Source of the DNA: Octopus vulgaris | Taxonomy: Eukaryota | Assembly: GCA_951406725.2 (NCBI GenBank) | Contig: OX597835.1 | Coordinates: forward strand, 13,020,001 to 13,084,000 | Direction: 5' to 3' | DNA length: 64,000 nt | Shown here: one piece after another, positions 53,397 to 64,000 of the stretch | Position numbering within the stretch: position 1 is the stretch's first letter | How the letters are laid out: the number at the start of each line of letters is the position of its first letter | Program-made: the position numbers and the translations under genes | The notes under the pieces: generated by a model | What the model was told of the DNA's origin: nothing | Database searches by the model: none | Seen by the model: only the letters and a program-made list of their open reading frames with translations

Positions 53397-53546
53397 TAGG
53401 AGTGGCTGTGTGGTAAGTAGCTTGCTTACCAACAACATGGTTCCGGGTTCAGTCCCACTGCATGGCACCTTGGGCAAGTGTCTACTATGGCCTTGGGCCG
53501 ACCAAAGCCTTGTCAGTGGATTTGGTAGACGGAAACTGAAAGAAGC

Positions 53547-53585
<39 letters not shown>

Positions 53586-53847
53586 TTGTATGTATATATA
53601 TGTAATGTGTGTGTATATGTTTGTGTGTCTATGTTTGTCCCCCCAACATCACTGCATGGTGTGTTTACTGTCCTCCCAACATCACTGATGCTGGTGTATT
53701 TACGTCCCTGTAACTTAGCGGTTCGGCAAAAGAGACCGATAGAATAAGTACTAGGCTTATAAAGAATAAGTCCTGAGGTCGATTTTCTCGACTAAAAGCG
53801 GTGCTCCAGCATGGCCACAGTCAAATGACTGAAACAAGTAAAAGAGT
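53397..53847 (+). mobile_element. Family A SINE
   Basis: Full head-core-tail with a small internal duplication. Confidence 0.85.
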
Positions 53848-54048
53848 ATACATACACACACACATACATACATACATCCATACATATATATATATATATA
53901 GATATATATATATTTAAACATGTGTACATATACACATGCATCTCATTCCCCCTATCTCTCTATATATGTAAATGAATGTGAGTGTGTGTGTGTGTGTATA
54001 TATATGTATATACTTACACACAAGCACACATACATGCATGCTCTCACT

Positions 54049-54086
<38 letters not shown>

Positions 54087-54500
54087 TAATTACCTACACA
54101 CTCAAAAGCACACAATGCCTATCACATGAGTTGAGGACAGGTGTTTCTAAACTACCAACTACCTTTTGTTGCACTTAATACTTCACCTTCAATGCCAGAC
54201 AAGTGTTTTCACCGAATGCTTAGCGTGGTGGCGGCATCTGTAGCATTGTGGACAGTTTCACTGTTGGCGGAGAAACTACAACTTGTTCTCGACGGCTTTA
54301 AGTTGTCAAAGACAATTTCTGCTTTCTTTCCGTTTTTTGTTTCATTTTTGTTTTCCTTTTCTTCTTCTTTTTTTTCTTTTCTGAAAGTCAGATGTCTAAA
54401 ACAAGACAAATGAAAGAACAAAACACAATGCCTCCAAGAACTTTAATAATAAACTAGAATATAGGTTGTATTCTTTATTCATGAATCTATATATATATAT

Positions 54501-54896
54501 AGGCGCAGGAGTGGCTGTGTGGTAAGTAGCTTGCTAACCAACCACATGGTTCCGGGTTCAGTCTCACTGCGTGGCATCTTGGGCAAGTGTCTTCTGCTAT
54601 AGCCCCGGGTCGGCCAATGCCTTGTGAGTGGATTTGGTAGACGGAAACTGAAAGAAGCCTGTCGTATATATGTATATATATATATGTGTGTGTGTTTGTG
54701 TTTGTCCCCCTAGCATTGCTTGACAACCGATACTGGTGTGTTTACTTCCCCGTCACATAGCGGTTCGGCAAAAGAGAACGATGGAATAAGTACTGGGCTT
54801 ACAAGGAATAAGTCCTGGGGTCAATTTGCTTGACTAAAGGCGGTGCTCCAGCATGGCTGCAGTCGAATGACTGAAACAAGTAAAAGAGTAAAAGAG
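54501..54896 (+). mobile_element. Family A SINE
   Basis: Full head-core-tail. Confidence 0.9.
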
Positions 54897-55228
54897 CACA
54901 TATAAAACATCCAAGGGTATATTCTTTACCCTCTGAAGATAAATTGCTCAGGTCATATAAATTTAATGTTTACTGAGTATTATTTGAAACAGCTGTAAAG
55001 AAGGATGATTAATTTGCTGTTAATAATAAACAATTATTAACTTCCCATTCTCCACTTTCTTTTTCTTTTTTTTTATATGAATATAAACTATATGTTTTTA
55101 TATATATACACCTATTATTTTATGGAAATTTATTCCCCCAAAATACTAGGTATTGAACGAGTATTTCCTTGGTTGAAACCATCCCATTATGAAGTTAACA
55201 CAACCTCTAATCGACTTTCTATATACAT

Positions 55229-55537
55229 CACCGTGATCACCGTGACCGACCAGGCTATCAGATGTTGCTACACATCACTGGTCACAATGCGCTTCGTATT
55301 GTTTTAGTCTTCAAATGAAGCCAACCCGCTGGCTAAGCGAGCAGACCAACAGAAGAAAGAGTGAGAGAAAGTTGTGGCGAAAGAGTACAGCAGGGATTGC
55401 CACCACCCCCTGCCAGAGCCTCGTGGAGCTTTAGGTGTTTTCGCTTAATAAACACTCACAACGCCCGGTCTGGGAATCGAAACCATGATCCTACGACCGT
55501 GAGTCCGCTGCCCTAACCACTGGGTCATTGCGCCTCC
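55229..55537 (-). mobile_element. tRNA-derived SINE (family C), full length
   Basis: Minus: GGAGGCGCAATGACCCAGTGGTTAGGGCAGCGGACTC...GTTTCGATTCCC; same head as 30528 but a different 3' tail. Confidence 0.8.
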
Positions 55538-55549
55538 ATATATATATAT

Positions 55550-55912
55550 ATCATCATCATCATCATCATCATTTAGCGTCCGTTCTCCATGCTAGCATGG
55601 GTTGGACGGTTCAACTGGGGTCTGTGAAGCTGGAAGGCTTCATCAGGCCCAGTCAGATCTGGCAGTGTTTCTACGGCTGGATGCCCTTCCTAACGCCAAC
55701 CACTCCGTGAGTGTAGGATGCGTGCGTGTTACGTGCCACCCGCACAGGTGCCAGACAGAGCTGGCAAACGGCCACGAACGGATGGTGCTTTTACGTGTCA
55801 CCGGCACGGGGCCAGGCGAGGCTGGCAACGGACACGAACGGATGGTGCTTTTACATGCCACCGACACGGGGGCCAGACAGGGCTGGCAAACGGCCACGAA
55901 CGGATGGTGCTT
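55550..55912 (-). mobile_element. Family R RTE-like 3' UTR with three internal repeats
   Basis: GCTGGCAA(A)CGG(C/A)CACGAACGGATGGTGCTT three times. Confidence 0.75.
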
Positions 55913-56850
55913 ATATATATATATATATACAGTGAGAATTTACAAAAAAACAAAGGATGAAGATGGGTGTGTAAGCAACAAACAGATGTATTAGTTTAAC
56001 ACTCGGGAAGTGAGATCATTTACGTTTCGGGCCATGTATATGCACATGTATGTAAGCATATGGATATGAACATAAACAGATCAACATACAGACGGATAGG
56101 TACATAGGTTATATGAACAGACAAGCACACATAGGCAAATGGAAACTGAAACACATGAACCAATGACCATATATATGCACATACACTTTACTTCACACAA
56201 GGACACATATAGAGACATGGGTCCATACATATGGAGATGCACATCCATACATACAAACACAGTACATGGTGGCAACACACACTCAGACACACACACACAC
56301 TCAGACATGCACACACAAGGAGACAGAGGTGCATACATATACAAACACACGCACACACACATATACATAAAAAAATACACAAACACGGACATACAAGCAC
56401 ATGAATATGCAGAATACATACATACAGATGCACACATGCATACATATATACATATGCATACACACACATATATACATACATACACATGCATACATACATA
56501 CATACATACATACATACATACATACATGCATGCATAAGCACACACACACACTGACCCACACACATGTGCAGTGTAAATGACGGACAGAGTCAAGACTATT
56601 TGAAAAGGTTGCAAGACGCAACGAAAAAATTTTAGGAAAATAAAAATAAGAAATAAGTGGAAATTTTACCGGTGAGTGTGTTAAATAATAAGGCACCAAA
56701 ATAGAATGACTCTCTCCAGACACAACAGAACTCACATAAAGAATCTCAACACACGAACTCACATAAAGAATCTTGCAAACCAAATCCAAAAACGAAATAT
56801 ATATATATATATATATATATGTATATGTTTTTCTGTATGTATATATATAT

Positions 56851-57015
56851 AGGCGCAGGAGTGGCTGTGTGGTAAGTAGCTTGCTAACCAACCACATGGT
56901 TCCGGGTTCAGTCCCACTACGTGGCATCTTGGGCAAGTGTCTTCTGCTATAGCCCCGGGCCGACCAATGCCTTGTGAGTGGATTTGGTAGACGGAAACTG
57001 AAAGAAGCCTGTTGT

Positions 57016-57071
<56 letters not shown>

Positions 57072-57285
57072 CTGTGTTTGTCCCCCCCAACATCGCTTGA
57101 CAACCGATGCTGGTGTGTTTATGTCCCTGTCACTTAGTGGTTCGGCAAAAGAAACCGATAGAATTAGTACTAGGCTTAGAAAAGAATAAGTCCCGGGGTC
57201 GATTTGCTCGACTAAAGGCGGTGCTCCAGCATGGCCAAAGTCAAATGACTGAAACATGTAAAAGAGATAAAAGAGAAAGAGAGAG
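56851..57285 (+). mobile_element. Family A SINE
   Basis: Full head-core-tail. Confidence 0.9.
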
Positions 57286-57796
57286 ATATATTACATACAT
57301 ACACACACACGCACGCTACATAATCATCTGTTACCTTCCAAACTGTCCTTACTTCTTCCCGCCACACACAACCTGACATTTTTTTATTGTCTTTCTTGTC
57401 ATCATCTGACTTAATGTAAACCATAATCAAACAACTTTAAAATAAAATAATTTTTCGGAAACAAAACGACATCTTTTTAGCTTGAAACGTCTGTCTGTTT
57501 GTCTCCGTTGTCCATCTTTGTTTAGCGATAATGAGAGGGACAGCTTCTTTTGTTTTGATATTTCTCTTGAAGAAATACCGTTTCTTCAAGAAGTAAATCT
57601 ACTAATTTAATCGTAACCTTCACCTGAATGTCGTCCGTTTTGTGAGGTCAGTTCGTATTAGTCCGTCTGTTTGTCTGAATGGAGTAGCGAGGCTAATTCT
57701 ATTAGCTTTACTTTCAATTTAAATTCAGTTTATTTCGTACAGATGTCATGAAAATCACGAAAATATTTCTCACAGAGATTTCCTAAATAGTCTGCT

Positions 57797-58210
57797 TACT
57801 CTTTTACTCTTTTACTCTTTTACTTGTTTCAGTCATTTGACTGCGGCCATGCTGGAGCACCGCCTTTAATCGAGCAACTCAACCCCGGGACTTATTCTTT
57901 GTAAGCTCAGTACTTATTCTATCGGTCTCTTTTTGCCGAACCGCTAAGTGACCGGGACATAAACACACCAGCATCGGTTGTCAAGCAATGCTAGGGGGAC
58001 AAACACAGACACACAAACATACACGCACACATATATATACATATATACATATATACGACGGGCTTCTTTCAGTTTCCATCTACCAAATCCACTCACAAGG
58101 CTTTGGTCGGCCCGAGGCTATAGTAGAAGACACTTGTCCAAGGTGCCACGCAGTGGGACTGAACCCGGAACCATGTGGTTGGTAAGCAAGCTACTTACCA
58201 CACAGCCACG
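57797..58210 (-). mobile_element. Family A SINE
   Basis: Reverse complement of the consensus. Confidence 0.9.
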
Positions 58211-59132
58211 TCTGCACTTGTTGCAGGCTCAATGACTGATTGTCACTTGGTTTTCTATATATTCCAAGCTGGAGCAAATTACTGCTATCTCAGATGTCCC
58301 CCACTGACAATGGGCACAAACAGCCTGAAACTGTATGGTCTAGGGATCCAGATCTTTGCTGGAAGATGGTAGGGGTTGGCTCCCCTGCTTGCTATACATA
58401 CCAAGTGCAGATTGCATTGATAACCAGCTGGAGGAGACTCCTCCTGTGGTTAAAAATGGTAGTAACATTGATACCTATGGAACAGTCATATTGTTTTGGC
58501 AATAAACAGTACTCCTCAGAACTGTTACCATTTTCATCTCTTATTGATATTTTCTAACTACTTGGCTTACTTTAAAAGTGTTCGGTGGTTAAATTGTTAT
58601 GGTAGTAGGCCAACAAGCCTTGGACCCTGCAGCAAAGGCCAGGTCACATGGCTACTTTTCCAACAGGCACAAACAGAGCTGTGCGGTTAAGAAACTTGCT
58701 TTGGAACCATGTAGTTTTAGGTTCAATCCCATTAGATGGCACTTGGAGCAAGTGTCTTCTATAGATTTGGGCTGAGCCAACCAAAGCCTTGTGACTGGAT
58801 TTGCTTGGTGGAAAATGAAAGAAGCCCATCATAATACACACACACACACACACACACATACATATATGCATATGTGTATGTGTTTTTGTGTTTGTTTCAC
58901 CACTTCTGGACCTCTGGTGTTGGTTTGTTTACATCCTTGTAACTTAGCGGCTTGGTAAAAGAAATTGATAGAATGAGTACCAGATTTAAAAATAAGTACT
59001 GGGATCAATTTGTTCAACTAAACCCTTTGAAGTGATGCCCCACAATGGCCACAGTCCAGTGACTGAAAAATACCCCATTCCTTATAGTGGTATCTTCCAC
59101 ATGGTGCCTATTTGAAGTTTATACAGTACCCC

Positions 59133-59166
<34 letters not shown>

Positions 59167-59253
59167 GTAATAATAATAATGATAATAATAATAATAATAA
59201 TGACATCGAAAAATACCTTAGAAATGAGAACCCAGGTTCGAAATTTCTCCCAA

Positions 59254-59299
59254 GACACCTGATGAAGGCTGGAAGATATATCAGCCGAAATGCTGTGTT
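59254..59299 (+). ncRNA. Minimal HHR-like motif following an (AAT)n tract
   Basis: GACAC-CTGATGA-AGGCTG-GAAGATATAT-CAGCC-GAAA-TGCT-GTGTT; stem III decayed. Confidence 0.6.
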
Positions 59300-60039
59300 A
59301 ACAACAAACAAGATGAGGACAAATATCCATCAAATCTAAATAATGTAAATAATCAGATAATCAGTTGGCAAGCTAGCTAACATCTAAAGACGAAGTCTAT
59401 ATATTTTGATGCCAACCTTCTCAGACACACACACACACACGGACTAATTGAAATAAATTTTAAAACACAGAGTGTATTTTCATAACCTGCTTGTAACTGC
59501 CTCTACTTCTATGATAGAAATCCCCTTTTATAAAGCAATCTAAATTAGAACCTTCCTGAAAAATTTCCTGTTAATTTATGTTCCAAACACTGGTTTGATA
59601 ATGATGAAGTTACTTCGTTAAATTCCTTGTTATTTTTAGAATTAATTGAATCAAAAGAAGTGAATTTCAACAGAAATGTTGTAACAAATGAGTTTAACTC
59701 CTGTGAATATAATCCTTGCAACAAACACCAGATTAATTATGACAGAATTATTTGCGTAAATTTTTCATTAATTTGAAAATTAATTGAAACATATGCAGTG
59801 CATTTTTACAGAAATACAGCCGCGGAAAGGTTTCATCATCCTCATCATCATCATCATCATTTAGCATCCGTTTTCCATGCTAGCATGGGTTGGACGGTTC
59901 AACTGGGGTCTGTGAAGCTGGAAGGCTTCATCAGGCCCAGTCTGATCTGGCAGTGTTTCTACGGCCCTTCCTAACGTTTAAATACTGTAAATTTAAACCT
60001 TGCAACAAACACCAGATTAATAATGACAGTTATTTTTTT

Positions 60040-60298
60040 TTTACTGTTTTACTTGTTTCAGTCATTTGACTGTGGCTATGCTGGAGCACCGCCTTTACTC
60101 GAGCAAATCGGCTCCAGGAACTTATTCTTTGTAAGCCTAGTACTTATTCTATTGGTCTCTTTTGCCAAACTGCTAAGTTATAGGGATGTAAACACACCAG
60201 CATCAGTTGTCAAGCGATGCTGGGAGGACAAACACAGACACACAGACATACACACACACACACAAACATATATATATATGTGTATATATATATATATA

Positions 60299-60338
<40 letters not shown>

Positions 60339-60498
60339 ACGGGCTTCTTTCAGTTTCCGTCTACCAAATCCACTCACAAGGCTTTGGTCAGCCCGAGGCT
60401 ATAGTAGAAGACACTTGCCCAAGGTGCTACACTGTAGGACTGAACCTGGAACCATGTGGTTTGTAAGGAAGCTACTTACCACACAGCCATTCCTACGC
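60040..60498 (-). mobile_element. Family A SINE
   Basis: Reverse complement of the consensus. Confidence 0.85.
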
Positions 60499-60916
60499 TT
60501 ATATTTTGGTAAATTTTTTATTATTTACAACATTAATTGAAACAAAGACAGTGTATCTGAGCAGAAATATGATAACGAAAGGGTTAATATCATAAATTGG
60601 TAGTTAGTGAATGACATAGTATAGTAGTAAATTATTAAGATAGAACGATAGAGACTTTCTCAGTCAACATAGTATAGTAATGCATTATCAACATAGTGCA
60701 GTAGTATGTTCTAATAGACATAGTGTGGTGATATATTTCTAATGGGGGTGATAGTAAGTTTTGCATAAACATAGGTTTGACTGGCAAATTGGGCAGAGAC
60801 AAAGCTGAGCTTGGAAGGATTGTTTGGTCTTGCCGAGGGCAAAACAACCACACTGATGCTGGTGCCAGATGTCACCCCATGCCACCATAGAATAAATAAA
60901 TGAAATGCATCTAGTG

Positions 60917-61227
60917 CAGTGGTTCCCAAAGTGGGTGGTATTGCTGCCCTTGGGGCAGTGGAAAGTTCCAAGAGAGTGTTGAAGGAGAGTAGGGGTGATA
61001 ATAGGGGAGCAATTCATGTAAAAAGTGGAGCAATAATTGGGCAGCGATTCATGTAAAAACAACAAAATAAAGGGTTCGTTAGGTTAAGTTTTATTTGTGA
61101 AATACAGTTGCTTTGAATTAGCTTCGGAAAGAGGTCTATGGTTGTGATGTTTGGTTAGGGTGGGGGCCTTAGGAATGTGGCCTGGGTGTCAAGGGGGCAG
61201 CAACCTGAAAAAGTTTGGGAACCACTG
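60917..61227. mobile_element. hAT-Charlie-type MITE
   Basis: TIRs CAGTGGTTCCCAAA / TTTGGGAACCACTG; perfect 8-bp TSD ATCTAGTG. Confidence 0.9.
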
Positions 61228-61577
61228 ATCTAGTGCATTGTGTAAAGTAGTTAGTGTTGGGAAGGGTAACCAGATGTCAAAAGGATGTTGACACTGAATC
61301 ACTGGAGCAACTCATGGCCCTCAAACCTGTTGGATCTTGTCAAACCATCCAACCCTTGAAAGAGGGCATAAGATGATGACAATGATGACAACGGTGGTGG
61401 TGGTGGTCGTCGTCGTAATTGTGATGAAAATGCTGGTGGTGATGATAAGATGATAGTAAGTTTTAATAAGAGAGTGTTGAAGTAACTTTTTCATATGGTA
61501 TTGGTCTTGAGTTTTCATAAATTCATTGTGATTGTAAATTCCGAACTAATAGTCAGGATTTAATACTAATGGTTTAA

Positions 61578-61796
61578 CCCTTTAATATTCAGATTAATCT
61601 GTCAAATGTAAAGCCTGTTTAATTACTTGTTTTAAATTAATTGTACAGCATCTTGTAACTCTGGGATATTGATAATGTCCCTGTTTAATTTTAGAATGAC
61701 TTTGTAGGGTAGGTGTGAGAGGTCAGAGCTGGCTGGTTTGAGCATAAAACAGGGAGACAATTTTGGCCTGATATGGCCGGTTTAAACACTAAAGGG
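61578..61796. mobile_element. piggyBac-like MITE
   Basis: TTAA|CCCTTTA ... TAAAGGG|TTAA. Confidence 0.7.
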
Positions 61797-62537
61797 TTAA
61801 GAAATGAATGAATGCCACAGCATTGCACTCCCCAATCTTTATACCAGCAAATTTTGCTCCACAGACACAACAAATGTAGAATGGAATCTAATTTAAAAAT
61901 ACACTGAACCAAATTCCAAATTCCCATCCAATCTCTGCTAAAACGGTGCAATATGCACATCTGTCTTGCAGTATATGTCTATATGTCTGTCTTTTGCACT
62001 TTGTGCACGAATGCTATTCATATAAGACTCTGGACTTATTTTTCATCTAAAAATTACAATTCTATCTCTTCGCTAATATTTTCATGTTTCCCCTTCACCA
62101 CCACCCTAACCGCTGCCCACCACCGAAAAAAAAAAACTTGTTTATTTTACTGGTCTTTTCCAAATATTTTCCATTCCTTACCACTTATCTCTAAAATATG
62201 CATTTTTTTGTTTGTCCTTGTCTGGCTATTTTTACTGCTTCGTTTTTAACCTCACCAACTTTACTCGTCTGCTGCACTTGTCTGTTGGTCTTGTGAATTC
62301 ATCGTACAAAATTGGGTTTGTCATTTCACTGCTGCAGTTTTGAGATCTAATTATTTATTCTTGCTTCTGTTTTCTGTTTTATATCTGTTTGCCCAACCAT
62401 TCTACTGTTAGTTCTTCCATGCTATTTCAATATTTGCTCTGGCCATGTATGTATATGTATATATACACACACACACATATATATATGTCTGTGTGTATAT
62501 ATATACACACACACACACATATATATATACACATATT

Positions 62538-62757
62538 ACTCTTTTACTCTTTTACTCTTTTACTTGTTTCAGTCATTTGACTGCGGCCATGCTGGAGCAC
62601 CGCCTTTAGTCGAGCAAATCGACCCCGGGACTTATTCTTTGTAAGCCCAGTACTTATTCTATCGGTCTCTTTTGCCGAACCGCTAAGTGACGGGGACGTA
62701 AACACACACCAGCATCGGTTGTCAAGCAATGCTAGGGGGACAAACACAGACACACAA

Positions 62758-62802
<45 letters not shown>

Positions 62803-62962
62803 TACGACAGGCTTCTTTCAGTTTCCGTCTACCAAATCCACTCACAAGGCATTGGTCGGCCCGGGGCTATAGCAGAAGACACTTGCCCAAGATGCCACGC
62901 AGTGGGATTGAACCCAGAACCATGTGGTTGGTTAGCAAACTACTTACCACACAGCCACTCCT
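62538..62962 (-). mobile_element. Family A SINE
   Basis: Reverse complement of the consensus. Confidence 0.9.
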
Positions 62963-63859
62963 ATACACACATGTTTCTATGTGTGTATGCATGTGTGTGT
63001 GTGTTCTGAATGTTTTGTGTGTGTCTGTGTGCTAACCTACTCTTAATGTCACCCCTGCAGAGTCTTTGTGTTGTTGTTCTTTAACCCCAGGTCAGCTCTG
63101 AATGAGAAGACCTATGATCAAAGGCAATCCAACCAAGACAGTCCTGTCCTTTTTTTCAAGCAGTATATCTAAAACAATGTTATCCAGCGTGTCCTTCTTT
63201 TTAATTTAAGACACCCACTTCTAATTCAAGGGCGAGTTAGCTGCTATTTTTAATCAGTTGAGCCACCCTATAGAGACTCATTGGCATACCATTATGTATT
63301 ATATCTTCATTGAAAAATAATAACCAAATGCCAGCCGTAGAAACATTGCCAGATCAGACTGGGCGTGGTGCAGCCTTCTGGCTTCCCAGACCCCAGTTGA
63401 ACCGTCCAAGAAATGGATCAATTAATAAGAATATTGGCTCAACTAATTTGCAGGTAGGTGTGGGCGTGACTCTGTGGTCAAAGAGCTATCTGCCCATCAA
63501 TGTGGTTCCAGGTTCAGCCCCACTGCATGGCACCTTGGGCAAGTTTTTTTCTATTATAGCCTCACTGTCGACCAAAGTTTTGAGACTGGATTTTGTTGAT
63601 AGAAATTGAAAGAAGCCTCTCACACATGTGTATTTATCTGCCCATTTCTCAGTTTGTCTACTTATCTGTCTATCCATCTCTCCATTCATCTGTCCGTCCG
63701 TCTGTCTGTCCATTTGCTTTTGTAGACAGAAATTGAAAGAAGCCTTTTATGTCTTCGGGGCTGAATATCATGTTGCCAACAATGATATGACAACATTGGG
63801 GTGTGCATAAGGGTGTAGGAATAGTATTACCCTAATAAATATCTGGATATTTCTCTCAT

Positions 63860-64000
63860 TTACTCATTTACTTGTTTCAGTCATTTGACTGCGGCCATGC
63901 TGGAGCACCGCCTTTTTTTAGTCGAGCAAATCGACCCCAGGACTTATTCATTTGTAAGCCCAGTACTTATTCTATCGGTCTCTTTTGCCGAACCGCTAGG
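63860..64000 (-). mobile_element. Family A SINE 3' part, cut by window edge
   Basis: TTTACTTGTTTCAGTCATTTGACTGCGGCCATGCTGGAGCACCGCC. Confidence 0.85.

Noticed and set aside
62719-63009. Recurrent peptide 'IAEDTCPRCHAVGLNPEPCGW' with a CxxCH heme-like motif in many ORFs
   Set aside because: Antisense translation of the family A SINE head; recurrence reflects SINE copy number, not a protein family

Overview
Eukaryotic, AT-rich, repeat-saturated DNA with no intact protein-coding gene that I can support. Almost all ORFs in the supplied track are microsatellite or SINE artefacts. The dense (TA)n/(CA)n/(TATG)n/(ATC)n tracts and the tRNA-derived SINE families look like a coleoid cephalopod (probably Octopus) intron or intergenic region; this is an inference. 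Recognisable parts: more than 20 copies of a CORE-like SINE with an internal microsatellite, Meta-domain-like SINEs (one as a head-to-tail trimer), RTE and CR1-type LINE 3' ends, mariner/maT/Tc1 transposase relics, hAT, piggyBac and mariner MITEs, two non-autonomous Helitrons, a solo LTR, and many Penelope-like (PLE) remnants carrying minimal type I hammerhead ribozyme (HHR) motifs. The most interesting signal is a ~95-nt multi-stem motif in three divergent copies (28339, 32181, 41146). Its stems show compensatory changes, and two copies lie next to a hammerhead, so it is a candidate unnamed structured RNA of PLE terminal repeats. Boundaries were read by eye and may be off by a few bases.
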